Assembly: GCA_903856085.1 (NCBI GenBank)
Contig: CAIOAT010000013.1
Location: 167,430 to 231,429, forward strand
Length of the DNA stretch: 64,000 nucleotides
Reading direction: 5' to 3'
Source: Candidatus Omnitrophota bacterium
GTDB taxonomy: Bacteria; Omnitrophota; Omnitrophia; Omnitrophales; Aquincolibacteriaceae
Position numbers and translations under genes: made by a program. Shown here one piece after another: positions 42,201 through 54,406 of the stretch; position 1 is the first letter of the stretch, and every line of letters begins with the position of its first letter. The notes beneath the pieces are model-generated. The model was not told the DNA's origin. It made no database searches and worked only from the letters and a program-made list of their open reading frames with translations.

Positions 42201-43277
42201 CCCGCACTGATGGAGCTTAAGCTCGGGACCGATGACAATGACAGAACGACCGGAATAGTCTACGCGTTTCCCGAGCAGGTTCTGGCGGAAACGACCTTGC
42301 TTCCCCTTCAGCATGTCGCTAAGGGACTTGAGCGGCCGATTGCCGGCACCGAGCACCGGACGACCATGACGACCGTTATCAAAAAGCGCGTCCACCGCTT
42401 CTTGAAGCATGCGCTTTTCGTTGCGAATAATGACATCGGGAGCTTTGAGCTCAAGAAGCTTACGCAAACGGTTGTTACGATTAATGACGCGTCGATAAAG
42501 ATCGTTCAAATCGCTTGTCGCAAAACGTCCTCCATCCAAAGCGACAAGAGGACGAAGATCGGGCGGAATAACAGGAACCACCTTCATGATCATCCATTCC
42601 GGGCGATTGCCGGATTTGTAGAATGCTTCCACGATCTTGAGGATCTTGACGGCACGCGCGCGAGACTGCTTGGACTTGGCGGCCTTGAGCTGGCGGTGAT
42701 ATTTTGCCGTCAGTTTATCAAGCTCCAATTCCGACAAAAGCGTCTGGACGGCCTCAGCTCCCATTTGGGCAACGAAATTCTCGGGGCCGTATTGTTCCTG
42801 GGCTTTCAGGTATTCGTCTTCCGTCAAAAGCTGGCGCGGCTTGAGCGGCGTCTGCTTCGGATCGAGAACAATATATTCTTCATAATAGAGAACCTTTTCA
42901 AGAGCGCGGACGCTCAGATCGAGAAGATTCCCGATGCGTGACGGCATGGTCTTGAAAAACCAAATGTGCGAAACCGGCGTCACGAGATCGATATGCCCCA
43001 TCCGCTCGCGCCGAACGCGAGCCTGGGTCACTTCCACGCCGCAACGATCGCAAACAATCCCTTTGTGCTTGATGCGCTTGTACTTCCCGCAGGCACATTC
43101 GTAATCTTTGGTGGGACCAAAAATACGCTCGCAGAAGAGTCCGTCTTTTTCCGGCTTGAGCGTCCGGTAATTGATCGTCTCGGGTTTTTTGACCTCGCCC
43201 CGCGACCACTTGCGAATGGATTCTGGGGACGCGATGCGGATTGAAACAGAATCAAAAGTATTCACGCTGTAGTTCAT
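39228..43277 (-). CDS. rpoC: DNA-directed RNA polymerase beta' subunit
   Basis: 1349 aa with the NADFDGD catalytic motif. Confidence 0.95.
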   Translation of the reverse strand: MNYSVNTFDSVSIRIASPESIRKWSRGEVKKPETINYRTLKPEKDGLFCERIFGPTKDYECACGKYKRIKHKGIVCDRCGVEVTQARVRRERMGHIDLVTPVSHIWFFKTMPSRIGNLLDLSVRALEKVLYYEEYIVLDPKQTPLKPRQLLTEDEYLKAQEQYGPENFVAQMGAEAVQTLLSELELDKLTAKYHRQLKAAKSKQSRARAVKILKIVEAFYKSGNRPEWMIMKVVPVIPPDLRPLVALDGGRFATSDLNDLYRRVINRNNRLRKLLELKAPDVIIRNEKRMLQEAVDALFDNGRHGRPVLGAGNRPLKSLSDMLKGKQGRFRQNLLGKRVDYSGRSVIVIGPELKLHQCGLPKKMALELFEPFIIRKLKERGHVHTIRSAKKMVERVKPEVWDILEEVIKEHPVMLNRAPTLHRLGIQAFEPMLIEGNAIRIHPLVCTAFNADFDGDQMAVHVPLSMEAVMEARILMLSANNIFSPASGQPIMTPTQDIVLGIYYLTKVRDKVLGEGLAFSDTQEAILAYQDNQIHKHAKCKLRLASGEIVETTMGRIIFNDVLPKGFRHVNDIVNKGKLSKIIAECYNTFGHEEVVKLLDRLKALGFAEATKAGLSIGIDDIQIPDAKEGILNEARKEVKAIESQYKQGLITDGERYNKVIDIWTHTTDRVSDVMFEALDAFNPIFMMADSGARGSKQQIRQLAGMRGLMAKPSGEIIESPITANFREGLTVLEYFISTHGARKGLADTALKTADSGYLTRRLVDVAQDVIINIDDCGTLNGIVMEPVYEGEEVIVSLYDRILGRVALDNVVDVITDQVIVKSGDLIDEAIVKKIEEAGIEKIRVRSVLCCESPKGICARCYGRDLATRRLVEQGTAVGIIAAQSIGEPGTQLTMRTFHIGGTASRVVEQSYYRARNEGVLQSHNLKTVVTKTNETVVLNRNGQLSLHDPTGRELERYTIPTGAFIHFKDGEKVKKGEIFVKWDPYTVPILTEVSGKVRFEDIKAGVTMNEELDATTGMTERVIIEHKEDMHPQLLLVGEKDEILAFYPIPTGAHIVVKDGQSITGGTLLAKTPRKVAKTRDITGGLPRVAELFEARKPKNPAVISEIDGVVEIGAIVKGQRQIIVKSSTGMAKEYLIPHGKHLNVYKGDRVLAGQQLVDGPVVLQDILRVSGERSLQQYLVEEVQEVYRLQGVRLNDKHVEAIVRQMLRKVRIEDSGDTEFLVGSHVEKLRFAEENAKMIKKGKEPAKGTSILLGITKASLTTDSFISAASFQETTRVLTEAASAGKRDYLQGLKENVIMGHLIPAGTGFKIHHDIELEKDLTDVLPDPEAGKKEKAAEEASASKENS

Positions 43278-44683
43278 ACTTTGAGTTTCTCCCTGGCTTC
43301 TTCCTGTTTTTCTTCCGCGGATTTTTCCTTGGTTTCGGAGTGCGGCAATTTACCGCCTGCCGTGCGTTCGGGATCGATATCGAGCCCAAGAGCCTGAAGC
43401 TCCTTCACGAGAACGTTGAAAGATTCCGGAGTGCCGGCGTGGAGCGCGGGCTCGCCTTTGACGATGGCTTCATAGACACGCGTTCTGCCAACCACGTCGT
43501 CCGACTTCACCGTGAGAAGCTCCTGAAGCGTGAAAGCCGCGCCATACGCTTCAAGCGCCCACACTTCCATCTCTCCAAAACGCTGTCCGCCGAACTGCGC
43601 CTTACCGCCAAGCGGCTGCTGAGTCACAAGGGAGTAGGGCCCGATCGAACGAGCGTGAATCTTGTCATCTGCAAGATGCGCAAGCTTCAACATGTAAATG
43701 TAACCAACCGTAATTTTTTCATCAAACTTGTCGCCGGTACGGCCGTCATAAAGCGAGATCTTCCCGTCACCGGGAATCTTCGCTTCTTTCATAACCTGCC
43801 GAATCTCTGCTTCCGTGGCGCCGCTGAATACCGGCGTTTCTACATGAAAACCGAGCGTTTTGGCCGCCCAACCCAAATGGGTCTCAAGGATCTGACCAAC
43901 GTTCATACGAGATGGCACGCCGAGCGGGTTCAAGATGATCTCCACCGGAGTTCCATCCGCAAGGAACGGCATATCCTCTTCCGGAAGAACTTTGGCAATA
44001 ACACCCTTGTTTCCGTGACGACCGGCCATTTTGTCACCGACCGAGATCTTGCGTTTTGAGCAAACATACACCACGACTTTTTTGATGACTCCAGGAGGAA
44101 GCTCATCGCCTTTTCTCACACGATCGGTCTCGCGAGTCCGTTCGGCCACGAGCTCATCGATCTCGTCACCCCAAACGCGGGCGATCTTTTTGATATTTTC
44201 CTCAAGGTCCGGATCTTCATCGATGCGTAGCGAATCCCAATCGCAGCCATCCAGCTTCTTGAGATCGCCTTTGGTGATCACATGCCCACTCTTCATAAGC
44301 ACTTCACCTAAAACATCATCAAGAAGGTCTTCGGAAAGCTTTCTTCCAATCACCATGTCCGAAACCTTGTGGAGGCGCTCGCGCTTCAAAAGATCGATGC
44401 GATCGTTGTAGCGCTCCTTGATCTCATTGATATCCTTATTTTCCTGACGCCGCTCTTCTTTGGTCTTGGCGGCAGACTCTTTGCGGGCGAACACCTTCAC
44501 GTCCACCACGACACCTTCCACACCCGGAGGCACGGAGAGAGACGCGTCGCGCACATCGCCGGCTTTTTCGCCGAAAATCGCGCGGAGAAGTTTTTCTTCG
44601 GGAGATAGCTCGATCTCGGATTTCGGGGTGATCTTCCCGACCAGAATGTCGCCGGGTTTCACTTCCGCACCAATACGAATCAC
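43274..44683 (-). CDS. rpoB: RNA polymerase beta subunit, C-terminal segment (469 aa); begins at a GTG that overlaps the stop of the N-terminal segment
   Basis: (V)[43 protein letters not shown] aligns to the conserved rpoB region directly after the point where the upstream ORF stops. Confidence 0.85.
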   Translation of the reverse strand: MIRIGAEVKPGDILVGKITPKSEIELSPEEKLLRAIFGEKAGDVRDASLSVPPGVEGVVVDVKVFARKESAAKTKEERRQENKDINEIKERYNDRIDLLKRERLHKVSDMVIGRKLSEDLLDDVLGEVLMKSGHVITKGDLKKLDGCDWDSLRIDEDPDLEENIKKIARVWGDEIDELVAERTRETDRVRKGDELPPGVIKKVVVYVCSKRKISVGDKMAGRHGNKGVIAKVLPEEDMPFLADGTPVEIILNPLGVPSRMNVGQILETHLGWAAKTLGFHVETPVFSGATEAEIRQVMKEAKIPGDGKISLYDGRTGDKFDEKITVGYIYMLKLAHLADDKIHARSIGPYSLVTQQPLGGKAQFGGQRFGEMEVWALEAYGAAFTLQELLTVKSDDVVGRTRVYEAIVKGEPALHAGTPESFNVLVKELQALGLDIDPERTAGGKLPHSETKEKSAEEKQEEAREKLKV

Positions 44684-47067
44684 GCCTTCTTATCGAGATC
44701 CTTCAAAGCTTCTTCGCTCACGTTCGGGATATCGCAAGTGATTTCTTCGTTACCAAGCTTTGTGTCCCGCGCTTCAATCTCGAACTCTTCGATGTGAAGT
44801 GATGTGTAAACGTCTTCCTTGCAAAATTTTTCACTGACGATGATAGCGTCTTCAAAGTTGTAGCCGCGCCACGGCATGAACGCCACGAGCACGTTACGCC
44901 CGAGCGCAAGCTCACCACCCTGCGTCGCCGCACCGTCCGCAATAATATCCCCGCGCTTCACCTTATCGCCAATTTCGACGAGGGGTCTCTGGTTAATGCA
45001 AGTACCGGCGTTGGACCGCTTGAATTTGCGAAGCTTGTAAACAAAGTCATCGATAACGATCTCTTCGGAAGAGACCGCTTTCACGGTCCCGCGGGATTTG
45101 GCTTGGACGATCGCCCCGGAATCCTTCGCCACATGGCGCTCCATCCCGGTTCCTACGAAAGGAGCTTCGGGAATAAGAAGAGGCACAGCCTGGCGTTGCA
45201 TGTTCGAACCCATAAGAGCACGATTGGCGTCGTCATGCTCCAAGAACGGAATCAAAGCCGCCGCCACACTCACAAGCTGACGGGGCGACACATCCATATA
45301 ATCAATTTCTTCGGGTTTCTTTTTAGGAAAATCCCCGCGAGCACGACACGAAACCGCGTCCGACGTAAAATGGCCGCTTTTATCAAGCAGCGCATTCGCC
45401 TGCGCGATCACATATTTGTCCTCTTCATCCGCCGTAAGATAATCGATCTGGTCGGTCACGCGGCCCTTCACGACCTTGCGATACGGACTCTCAAGGAAAC
45501 CGATATCGTTGACGCGGGCAAAGGTACTCAAAGACGAGATCAAACCGATGTTCGGACCTTCCGGCGTTTCGATCGGACAAACACGCCCGTAATGCGACGG
45601 ATGAACGTCGCGGACTTCAAAACCCGCACGCTCTCTTGAAAGCCCCCCGGGACCAAGCGCGGAAAGACGACGCTTGTGCGTCAGCTCCGCCAAAGGATTC
45701 GTTTGATCCATAAACTGTGACAGCTGGCTACGTCCGAAGAAATCCTTGATCGCTGCGGAAATAAGCTTGGGATTGATCAGGTTGTGCGGCATCGCAGCTT
45801 CAAGATCATAAATGGACATGCGCTCCACGCAGGAACGTTTCATGCGCGCGAGACCAACCCGGAACTGATTCTGCAAAAGCTCGCCTACCGAACGCACGCG
45901 GCGATTGCCGAGATGGTCAATATCATCCACGCTCACTTCACCGGAGCGAAGTTTGAGCAATTTTCCGATCACCTTCATCACATCGTCAGGACGGAGCGTC
46001 GTATTCTTCGTGTCTGCGGCGCTCGTGCTGAGCCCTAATTTCTTGTTGAGCATGAAACGGCCTACATGCCCGAGGTCATAACGCTGAGGATCAAAGAAAA
46101 GTTTCTGAATGAGATCTTTGGCGCTCGCTTCTGTCGGCGGATCGCCCGGACGAACCCGGCGGTAAATCGCAAGCTGTGCGTCCTGCGAATTGCGGTAAGG
46201 ATCTCTTTCGAGGGTGTTGATAAGGGAGTGATCTTCCTTGGGAAGCTTCACTATTGAAAAAGATGTTACATCGTTGGAGAGAAAAGTCGCGAGCACTTCT
46301 TTGGTCAGCTTGGATGCAGCCGCCGCGATCAATTCTTTGCTTGCCGGATGAAAAACGTCTTCAGCAAGAGCTTCATTCTCACAATCCTTGATCTTGGACT
46401 TGTCGAATCCGCGGATCTTTTCGACAGGGTAAAGCTCTTTGCAGATATCGTAAGTCGAAGAATAGCCCAACGCTCTCAAGAGAGCAGTCGCGAGGATCTT
46501 GCGGCGACGATCAATATAAGCATAAAGAACGTCGTTGGCATCGGACTCAAACTCAAGCCATGCGCCGCGGTACGGAATGATGCGAACGCTGTACATTTTT
46601 TTGCCGCTCGGGTGGAGGCTTTCCTCAAGCGACATGCCCGGAGAACGATGCAACTGACTTACAATGACGCGCTCGGCGCCATTGATGATAAAGGTGCCCG
46701 TCTCAGTCATGAGCGGGAGTTCCCCGATATAAACTTCCTGCTCTTTGGCGATGCCTTTGCGAACCAGACGGAGCTTGACCTTGAGCGGCGCGGCATAGGT
46801 CATGCCCCGCTTCTGACACTCCGGAATGGAATACTTGGGTTTGCCAAGAGAATAGCCTTGATACTCAAGCCTACAAGTCCCGTCAAAACTTTCGACCGGA
46901 AAGCAATCCGCGAACGCCGCTTCAAGCCCCTGGCTTTTACGCCGGCGATTGGAACGGCCACTCTGCAAGAATTCCTCGTATGACTTGATCTGGATCTCCA
47001 CCAAATTCGGCAGATCCATCGTATCTTGGATCTTCGTGAAACTTCTTCTCTTGATCAAAGGCATCAT
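44680..47067 (-). CDS. rpoB: RNA polymerase beta subunit, N-terminal segment (795 aa); ends at a TGA in GCGTGATT where homologs continue
   Basis: Ends ...[18 protein letters not shown]. The next conserved rpoB residues (VIRIGAEV) are encoded in the -1 frame starting at the overlapping GTG. Confidence 0.85.
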   Translation of the reverse strand: MMPLIKRRSFTKIQDTMDLPNLVEIQIKSYEEFLQSGRSNRRRKSQGLEAAFADCFPVESFDGTCRLEYQGYSLGKPKYSIPECQKRGMTYAAPLKVKLRLVRKGIAKEQEVYIGELPLMTETGTFIINGAERVIVSQLHRSPGMSLEESLHPSGKKMYSVRIIPYRGAWLEFESDANDVLYAYIDRRRKILATALLRALGYSSTYDICKELYPVEKIRGFDKSKIKDCENEALAEDVFHPASKELIAAAASKLTKEVLATFLSNDVTSFSIVKLPKEDHSLINTLERDPYRNSQDAQLAIYRRVRPGDPPTEASAKDLIQKLFFDPQRYDLGHVGRFMLNKKLGLSTSAADTKNTTLRPDDVMKVIGKLLKLRSGEVSVDDIDHLGNRRVRSVGELLQNQFRVGLARMKRSCVERMSIYDLEAAMPHNLINPKLISAAIKDFFGRSQLSQFMDQTNPLAELTHKRRLSALGPGGLSRERAGFEVRDVHPSHYGRVCPIETPEGPNIGLISSLSTFARVNDIGFLESPYRKVVKGRVTDQIDYLTADEEDKYVIAQANALLDKSGHFTSDAVSCRARGDFPKKKPEEIDYMDVSPRQLVSVAAALIPFLEHDDANRALMGSNMQRQAVPLLIPEAPFVGTGMERHVAKDSGAIVQAKSRGTVKAVSSEEIVIDDFVYKLRKFKRSNAGTCINQRPLVEIGDKVKRGDIIADGAATQGGELALGRNVLVAFMPWRGYNFEDAIIVSEKFCKEDVYTSLHIEEFEIEARDTKLGNEEITCDIPNVSEEALKDLDKKA

Positions 47068-47123
47068 TATGAATTGTCCTCCTTAAGGACAGCGTTCCTG
47101 ATTCGCCTACGGCTACCGGGACC

Positions 47124-47537
47124 TTACTTGATCTCGACCTTTGCTCCCTGAGCTTCCAGGACTTTCTTAATCTTCTCAGCTTCTTCTTTATTCACGTCTT
47201 CCTTGATGGTCTTCGGAGCACCTTCGACCAGGTCCTTGGCTTCTTTAAGCCCGAGACTCGTGACCGTACGGATCTCTTTGATCACGTTGATCTTTTTGTC
47301 GCCCGCACTGGTAAGAACGACCGTGAAGCTGGTCTTCTCATCCGCTGCAGCCGCACCACCCGCCGCCGCGCCGCCTGCCGCTGCGATCGCCACAGGAGCC
47401 GCTGCCGCCGCGCTCACGCCGAACTTCACTTCAAGCGCCTTGACGAGCTCTGCGAGTTCCAACACCGTCAAAGTCTCGATCGAGGTGAGGATGTTTTGCA
47501 ATTTTTCGGAAAGTTTTACTTCGGTTGCTTCTGTCAT
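47124..47537 (-). CDS. rplL: Ribosomal protein L7/L12
   Basis: Ala-rich hinge followed by a C-terminal domain. Confidence 0.95.
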   Translation of the reverse strand: MTEATEVKLSEKLQNILTSIETLTVLELAELVKALEVKFGVSAAAAAPVAIAAAGGAAAGGAAAADEKTSFTVVLTSAGDKKINVIKEIRTVTSLGLKEAKDLVEGAPKTIKEDVNKEEAEKIKKVLEAQGAKVEIK

Positions 47538-47596
47538 GGCTGATGCCTCCTTGATTGAATTTCCCTTATCAGGACATTCGTTTTGTTCTGGCGTTC

Positions 47597-48130
47597 TTAA
47601 GACGCAGCGCCAGCGGCTGCTTTTTTCTTACGGACCTCTTCCAAAGCGACCACGAGATTGCGCGTGAGAGCTCCGAGGACGTTCGCAAAACCCTGAATCG
47701 GAGAGTTCATGCGCAGCACCAACTGCGTCAGAAGCTCTTTACGCGACGGGAGTTTCGCAAGCTGTTTGACGAAATCCTCGCCGTAGACCTGACCTTCAAA
47801 AATCACCCCGGCGGGTTTCCACTTTTCATTCGTCTTGGAAAAATCGACAAGCCTTTTCGAGATCTCTTGCGGGTCTTTGTCCCCGAACGTGATAACCACG
47901 GAACCGCTCAAGTACTTCTCAGCACCGGCCACGTTGAACTGAGCAAAGATCTTGCGGGCCATCGCGTGCTTGACCATCAGCGAACGTCCGGAAGCGGATT
48001 CCAAACTCCGCCGCGCCACCGAAATATCAAGAACCGAGATCCCATTCAAGTTGGAGATAAAAGCGTAAGGACTCTTTTCGAATTCCTTGACGATCTCCTG
48101 ATACATCAATTTTTTTTCAAAAGAAGGCAT
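47597..48130 (-). CDS. rplJ: Ribosomal protein L10
   Basis: 177 aa L10. Confidence 0.9.
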   Translation of the reverse strand: MPSFEKKLMYQEIVKEFEKSPYAFISNLNGISVLDISVARRSLESASGRSLMVKHAMARKIFAQFNVAGAEKYLSGSVVITFGDKDPQEISKRLVDFSKTNEKWKPAGVIFEGQVYGEDFVKQLAKLPSRKELLTQLVLRMNSPIQGFANVLGALTRNLVVALEEVRKKKAAAGAAS

Positions 48131-48132
48131 GA

Positions 48133-48819
48133 CTAGAGCGCTCCCGTATTGAGCTTGAGACCAGGGCCATGAGTCGTCGCGATATGGATCGTTTTGAAAT
48201 ATTCACCCTTGCTCGTCGCGGGCTTGGAATCCTTCACAGCTTTGATCACGGTCCGCGCATTTTCTAACAGCGCTTCCTCGGCAAAAGACAATTTTCCGCA
48301 CACCGCATGCAACCCTGCGGTCTTATCGCTCTTGAATTCAATGCGCCCAGCCTTAACTTCTTTGACCGCGCGACCGACCTGCGGCGTCACGGTACCGGTC
48401 TTCGGCGTCGGCATGAGCCCCTTAGGACCGAGCACTCGACCCAGCTTGCTCACTTCACGCATCATATCGGGATGAGACACCACCACGTCAAAATCAAGAA
48501 AACCATTCTTTACTTTTTCCACAAGCTCTTCGGCCCCGACGAAATCCGCCCCGGCGGTCTCGGCGTCCCGGGCACTCTCACCTTTGGCAAAACAAAGCAC
48601 GCGAAGGGATCTGCCGCTACCATGCGGCAAACTGACGGTGCCACGGACGTTCTCATCGCCTTGTTCCGCGCGAACACCGAGCTGAAAACTAAGCGAAATC
48701 GTTTCATCCGTCTTGCTTTTTTCGACTTTTTTGAGGATCTTAACAGCCTCAGTCAGGGAATATAACTTCCCTTCTTCCACCAGAGTTGCTCTTTTTTGAT
48801 ACCGCTTGCTGCGTTTCAT
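48133..48819 (-). CDS. rplA: Ribosomal protein L1
   Basis: 228 aa L1. Confidence 0.95.
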   Translation of the reverse strand: MKRSKRYQKRATLVEEGKLYSLTEAVKILKKVEKSKTDETISLSFQLGVRAEQGDENVRGTVSLPHGSGRSLRVLCFAKGESARDAETAGADFVGAEELVEKVKNGFLDFDVVVSHPDMMREVSKLGRVLGPKGLMPTPKTGTVTPQVGRAVKEVKAGRIEFKSDKTAGLHAVCGKLSFAEEALLENARTVIKAVKDSKPATSKGEYFKTIHIATTHGPGLKLNTGAL

Positions 48820-48833
48820 CGTTTATCCTGTTC

Positions 48834-49265
48834 TTACTTTGATTTCACGACTTCGATACCCATGCTGCGGGCCGCGCCTTCCACAATCCGGCAAGCGCTT
48901 TCGATCTTCGTCGTATTAAGGTCTACCATTTTTTTACGTGCGATTTCGATAACCTGATCACGGGTGATCTTACCAATGATCACGCGCCCGGGCTCCGAAG
49001 AAGCCTTCGCAAGACCCACAGCCTTCTTGATCTCAGCCGCCACCGGCGGGGACTTAAGAATGAACGTGAAAGACTTATCTTTATAAACGGATAACACCAC
49101 CGGCAAGATCGTCCCCGGACGGTCTTTGGTGCGCTCGTTGAATTGCTTGCAGAATTCCATGATGTTGACGCCATGCTGACCGAGCGCGGGACCGATCGGC
49201 GGCGCAGGATTTGCTTGGCCACCCGGGATCTGCAATTTAATTTTTGTTTTAATCTCTTTTGCCAT
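48834..49265 (-). CDS. rplK: Ribosomal protein L11
   Basis: Begins [29 protein letters not shown]. Confidence 0.95.
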   Translation of the reverse strand: MAKEIKTKIKLQIPGGQANPAPPIGPALGQHGVNIMEFCKQFNERTKDRPGTILPVVLSVYKDKSFTFILKSPPVAAEIKKAVGLAKASSEPGRVIIGKITRDQVIEIARKKMVDLNTTKIESACRIVEGAARSMGIEVVKSK

Positions 49266-49267
49266 TT

Positions 49268-49801
49268 TTAGATCTTTTCTACTTGCCAGTATTCGAGCTC
49301 AACAGGCGTCGGTCGACCGAAGATCGTCACCAACACGCGCATTTTGCCGCGATCCGGATTGATTTGTTCAATAGTGCCGTTAAAATTTGCAAAAGAGCCC
49401 TCTTTAACACGGACGCTTTCGCCTTCTTCAAACTCTACTTTCGGCTTCGGTTTTGTCTGCTTTTCTTCTTGCTCGCGGATGATGGCGTTAACTTCTTTTT
49501 CCGTGAGCGGGATGGGATTTTTCCCCGATCCGATAAACCCCGAGATCCCCGGCGTGTTACGGACCAGGTACCAGCTTTCATCGGTCAACTCCATCTTGAC
49601 CAGAATGTAGCCGGGGAAAAACTTCCTCTCGCTAATCCTTTTCTTGCCGCCCTTGACTTCACTGACCTTTTCTAGCGGGATCAGCACTTCATGGATCAAG
49701 TGCGGAAGCCCCGCGGTCTCCGCGTGACTGATCAAGCTGGCACGAGCTTTAGTCTCGACACCTGTCTGCGTATGGACTACATACCACTTTGCGTCGGCCA
49801 T
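49268..49801 (-). CDS. nusG: Transcription antitermination factor NusG
   Basis: NGN domain followed by a KOW domain. Confidence 0.9.
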   Translation of the reverse strand: MADAKWYVVHTQTGVETKARASLISHAETAGLPHLIHEVLIPLEKVSEVKGGKKRISERKFFPGYILVKMELTDESWYLVRNTPGISGFIGSGKNPIPLTEKEVNAIIREQEEKQTKPKPKVEFEEGESVRVKEGSFANFNGTIEQINPDRGKMRVLVTIFGRPTPVELEYWQVEKI

Positions 49802-49805
49802 AACT

Positions 49806-49988
49806 TTAACTGATCAACATCCGGAGGAAATTCGAGATACAAAAATCCACAGCCGCGATAAACGCCGAAGCGCAGAAAGTCACGACAATGACCACAGCTG
49901 CCGCTTGCCACAACTCATTCCAAGTCGGCCAAGTCACTTTCTTGAGCTCTTGCTGCGTTTCCCTGAAAAAATTCGCTGCTTTCTGCAC
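49806..49988 (-). CDS. secE: Preprotein translocase subunit SecE
   Basis: 60 aa with a single TM, sitting between tRNA-Trp and nusG. Confidence 0.85.
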   Translation of the reverse strand: MQKAANFFRETQQELKKVTWPTWNELWQAAAVVIVVTFCASAFIAAVDFCISNFLRMLIS

Positions 49989-50040
49989 TAGAACATCCTC
50001 GCGTTATTTCGAGTCCGTAACATACCGCCCGTATTTAAAA

Positions 50041-50114
50041 CAGGCCTGGCAGGACTCGAACCTGCAACATGCGGTTTTGGAGACCGCCGCTCTACCAATT
50101 GGAGCTACAGGCCT
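50041..50114 (-). tRNA. tRNA-Trp (anticodon CCA)
   Basis: Cloverleaf read manually: acceptor AGGCCTG/CAGGCCT, anticodon loop CTCCAAA, T-loop TTCGAGT. CCA is not encoded. It sits in the conserved rpmG-tRNA-Trp-secE position. Confidence 0.85.
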
Positions 50115-50139
50115 AAATCCCGTTTGGCTCCGAAAAATA

Positions 50140-50289
50140 TTATTTCTTTTCCCGAAAAACAATGCGCTTGCGGCAAGCGGGGCAATATTTTTTCCGCTCG
50201 ATCTTGTCCGGATTTTTCTTCTTGTTTTTCCGCGTCCAGTAGGTCGATTTGTGATCGCAGGTCGAAACCAGAGAAATAATCTCACGCAT
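50140..50289 (-). CDS. rpmG: Ribosomal protein L33 (49 aa; missed by the ORF track)
   Basis: Manual reverse translation gives MREIISLVSTCDHKSTYWTRKNKKKNPDKIERKKYCPACRKRIVFREKK. Confidence 0.85.
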   Translation of the reverse strand: MREIISLVSTCDHKSTYWTRKNKKKNPDKIERKKYCPACRKRIVFREKK

Positions 50290-50447
50290 TGAAATAAAAC
50301 CTTTTCCTTTGTCTTAAAAAAACCGCGGAAAAAACACGGCTTTCAAATAATGATTTCGGCTTGTAAGACCTCTTACGGCGAAAATAAACGCCTTACAGCC
50401 AGCAGGGCTTCGCCAAAAAATGCTAGGATTTGTGGCCGAACGAGATG

Positions 50448-51647
<1,200 letters not shown>

Positions 51648-51686
51648 ATAAGTTCTCCCTTATTGAGGTTTGTTTTTCGCATCCTA

Positions 51687-51759
51687 AGCTGGAGATGGGA
51701 ATTGAACCCATGACCTCATCCTTACCAAGGATGTGCTCTACCAACTGAGCTACTCCAGC
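51687..51759 (-). tRNA. tRNA-Thr (anticodon GGT)
   Basis: Cloverleaf read manually: acceptor GCTGGAG/CTCCAGC, anticodon loop TTGGTAA, T-loop TTCAATT. It lies upstream of tuf. Confidence 0.85.
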
Positions 51760-51902
51760 GCTTGACCCTGCTCAGCGCTTTCGATCGCTCGACATTCCTA
51801 CCACAGCAAAAATAAAAAGCCTTTTTTCTTCGAAAAAAAATCTCTCGTTTGAAGACAAAAATCACCTTAAGCGGAGACAGCTCTCCCGAGGAAAGAGTGG
51901 AC

Positions 51903-51930
51903 ATTCTATTGAAAAAGAAAATCGTGTCAA
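51903..51930 (-). promoter_or_regulatory. Sigma70-type promoter TTGACA-N16-TAGAAT with an A/T-rich UP-like element, upstream of tRNA-Thr/tuf
   Basis: Minus strand reads TTGACA (plus 51930-51925), a 16-nt spacer, then TAGAAT (plus 51908-51903). Immediately 5' on the minus strand is GATTTTTTAAAAAAGC. Confidence 0.45.
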
Positions 51931-52064
51931 GCTTTTTTAAAAAATCTTTTGTATTTATTTCTTGAAGCCTCTAAATCCTAAAACATCACTCACAACATTT
52001 AAGAGCAAGCAACCCGTGTTTTTAGAACTAGCTATAACTCGTTTTTCCGTATGGAGTTATGTGG

Positions 52065-52823
52065 CTAATTAGCCGTGTTACCATTCAAAGCAGCCATGAC
52101 CTGGCTTAAAAGACCGCTCTTTTTTGCTCCGGAAGAAACTAATCGCCCCTGAAATGTTTTGAGTTGCGCTTCAAGATAACCCAAACCCATTTTCTTTAAA
52201 ACTTCTCCGACCACGATTGCAGTCACATCCTGGGTTCCGCGAATATTGTAGTAGGTCGCACCCTGGATTCCGGCCCGGTAATGATTTTGTTTCAAAGAAG
52301 GACCGCTCGTATCCAAATAGCTGATATCCCCTATGGAAAAAATAAGCTCGTCGATTATTACTTCGGGTGCATATTTTTTAATCTGCCCCTGAACAGCCTC
52401 ACGCGAAGACGAAGATCGCTCTTCATTACTTTTCTGTAGCGGCTTCAGCTCAAGAAGATTCAGACCCTTTTGCGGAACATTCATGACCTGCAACTCCCGA
52501 AGAACGATGCCAACAGTCTTGAGCTTCAAAACACCCTGGGGAATTCCGAGAAGATCCACTGAAACGAGCACAAGCGGGATATTCGCCAAAGTCCCCCTTG
52601 GAAAACTGTAGGGATTCCCGATCTCAAGACCCCGCACTTCAAAGCCGGTGTTCTTCCAGTCCATTTTCACACTCTGGATCGAAACATCCGCACCTAGTTG
52701 ATGACTCAAGGTAAAGGTGAGGGCTTGCCGAATCACCCAAGTATGGAAAATGACTATAAAAATAACAAGGAAGAATGCCAGACGTATCAGGCCGAAGACA
52801 AGCTTAAAAAGCCCTTTGATCAT
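52065..52823 (-). CDS. Hypothetical membrane-anchored protein (N-terminal TM, then about 200 aa of soluble domain)
   Basis: ORF with a strong SD (AAAGGAGCATTATG). No family recognised by eye. Confidence 0.55.
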   Translation of the reverse strand: MIKGLFKLVFGLIRLAFFLVIFIVIFHTWVIRQALTFTLSHQLGADVSIQSVKMDWKNTGFEVRGLEIGNPYSFPRGTLANIPLVLVSVDLLGIPQGVLKLKTVGIVLRELQVMNVPQKGLNLLELKPLQKSNEERSSSSREAVQGQIKKYAPEVIIDELIFSIGDISYLDTSGPSLKQNHYRAGIQGATYYNIRGTQDVTAIVVGEVLKKMGLGYLEAQLKTFQGRLVSSGAKKSGLLSQVMAALNGNTAN

Positions 52824-52952
52824 AATGCTCCTTTTTCGTTCGCGAGGACTTCCACTTTATCGACATCTCGTACGAAAATCCAGAATATTATTTTAAAGCT
52901 GCGGAATGCACGTTCGCGGTTCCCCGAGAAACGTTTCCCTGCGCTGTTTACC

Positions 52953-52982
52953 TTGACAATGAAAGAAGCTTTGCCAGATAAT
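52953..52982 (+). promoter_or_regulatory. Candidate sigma70 promoter TTGACA-N18-GATAAT for the atp operon
   Basis: TTGACA at 52953-52958 and GATAAT at 52977-52982. Confidence 0.35.
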
Positions 52983-53087
52983 ATCGGCCGTTCAAATTCA
53001 TGTGTCAAAACAGCATTGCAAGCAGGGTGTGGACCCACCCCGAAGCCCTTGGATACCATCAAGAAAGACCTTCAGAAGCTTTTTGGG

Positions 53088-53294
53088 ATGCTCGGATTGG
53101 CTTTGACCCTGCCCATGGTTCTTTTGAGCGGACCTTTCGCGGGTTATCTCATCAGCCAATGGTTGATTGGAAAATGGGGCTGGACTCCGAGCACCACCCT
53201 GGCGCTAGTACTTCTGGGACTCGTCGGCTCGGTCATCCAGACCGTGCGGATCTTGCGGCTTCTATATAAGGGGAGTGAGAACAAAGACTTATGA
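53088..53294 (+). CDS. AtpZ/AtpI-like small 2-TM membrane protein preceding atpB (the start could alternatively be 52959)
   Basis: MLGLALTLPMVLLSGPFAGYLISQWLIGKWGWTPSTTLALVLLGLVGSVIQTVRI resembles the small hydrophobic gene-1 proteins of F-ATPase operons. Confidence 0.5.
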   Translation: MLGLALTLPMVLLSGPFAGYLISQWLIGKWGWTPSTTLALVLLGLVGSVIQTVRILRLLYKGSENKDL

Positions 53295-54151
53295 GTGTGA
53301 CTGAACAGCATGTAACAGCCGCCGTGCAAGCCGTTGCACAAGTCCAGGAACAGGCCGCCGAAGAGCTCCCGAACCTGATCACGATCCTGGAGCATTTTTT
53401 CCCAAAATCACACTTTGTCCATTTTTTGTTCTCTTGGGAAAATCTGGTTTTTTCATTTTTGGTTCTGGGGTTCATTACCTTCCGGGCGATCAGCGCCGCA
53501 AGGAAAAATGAATTTCTTCCCAAAGGTCTTCAGAACCGCTGGGAACTCGTCATGGAAGGTCTCGCCGAATTCGTCACAAGCATTCTCGGACCTCGAGGCA
53601 TGGAACATGTCCCCTTCCTGGGAACAATGTTCCTTTATATTCTCCTTCAGAATTGGCTCGGCCTGATCCCTCTGATGAAATCACCGACCAGCGCGTGGAG
53701 CACCACGATCGCTCTGGCGCTCATCACCACGGTCTACATCCAATGGGTCGGCATTAAAGAACATGGCTTTTTCAATTACCTAAAACATCTCGCCGGGAAT
53801 CCTATCGGCATTCTGGGAGTTGCGCTCATTCCGCTTATGCTTGTGATCAATTTGAGCATTGAGTTTTTCGCGGTGCCTTTGAGCCTCTCACTTCGTCTTT
53901 TTGCCAATGTCTCAAGCGAGGACAAACTGCTTTACAAGTTCGCCGAACTCAATGCGATGTACCACTGGCTGCCGTTCTTTTTCCAGCTCTTCGCCAACGT
54001 CCTTGTTATCCTCTTTAGTTTCATTCAAGCTTTTGTTTTCCTTTTGCTCTCAACCGTGTATATTTCACTGATCCTGCCGCATGAACATGACGAGGACCAT
54101 AACGCGGCGAGCGAAAAATCACCAAGCCCTATTCATTCACCCTCAACGTAA
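53291..54151 (+). CDS. atpB: ATP synthase F0 subunit a
   Basis: 286 aa with the conserved Arg in LSLRLFANV. Confidence 0.9.
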   Translation: MSVTEQHVTAAVQAVAQVQEQAAEELPNLITILEHFFPKSHFVHFLFSWENLVFSFLVLGFITFRAISAARKNEFLPKGLQNRWELVMEGLAEFVTSILGPRGMEHVPFLGTMFLYILLQNWLGLIPLMKSPTSAWSTTIALALITTVYIQWVGIKEHGFFNYLKHLAGNPIGILGVALIPLMLVINLSIEFFAVPLSLSLRLFANVSSEDKLLYKFAELNAMYHWLPFFFQLFANVLVILFSFIQAFVFLLLSTVYISLILPHEHDEDHNAASEKSPSPIHSPST

Positions 54152-54162
54152 GGAGAATCACC

Positions 54163-54393
54163 ATGGATTCACACGTCGCATTAGGTTTCGCACTTCCGAT
54201 CGGACTCGCCATCACGGCGTTTGGCTCCGCGCTTGGCCTCGGTAAAGCCGTCGCCTCCGCCATGGATGCCACGGGCCGCCAACCTGAAGCTTCTCAGAAG
54301 ATCCTGGTCAACATGATGGCCGGTTGCGCGCTCATCGAAGCGTTGACGCTTTATGTCCTGATCTTCGGCTTCGTCTTGATGGGAAAGATCTAG
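54163..54393 (+). CDS. atpE: ATP synthase F0 subunit c
   Basis: 76 aa hairpin carrying the conserved carboxylate (ALIEAL). Confidence 0.9.
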   Translation: MDSHVALGFALPIGLAITAFGSALGLGKAVASAMDATGRQPEASQKILVNMMAGCALIEALTLYVLIFGFVLMGKI

Positions 54394-54406
54394 AAAAGAA
54401 ACGTTT

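Noticed and set aside
47068-47123. Hairpin TGTCC-TCCTTAA-GGACA overlapping the rpoB SD (AAGGAGG) as a possible translational regulator
   Set aside because: The stem is only 5 bp, which is within chance expectation for a 56-nt spacer. I mention it only as a possibility.
51760-52064. Possible additional tRNA (Tyr or Gly, as in the thrU-tyrU-glyT-thrT-tufB layout of some bacteria) or ncRNA in the 305-nt gap upstream of tRNA-Thr
   Set aside because: I could find no T-loop (GTTCRANYC) or cloverleaf. The region is better explained as the tRNA-Thr/tuf promoter with an UP-like element plus a roughly 135-nt leader. A small palindrome, GGAGACAGCTCTCC at 51873-51886, has no flanking U-tract.
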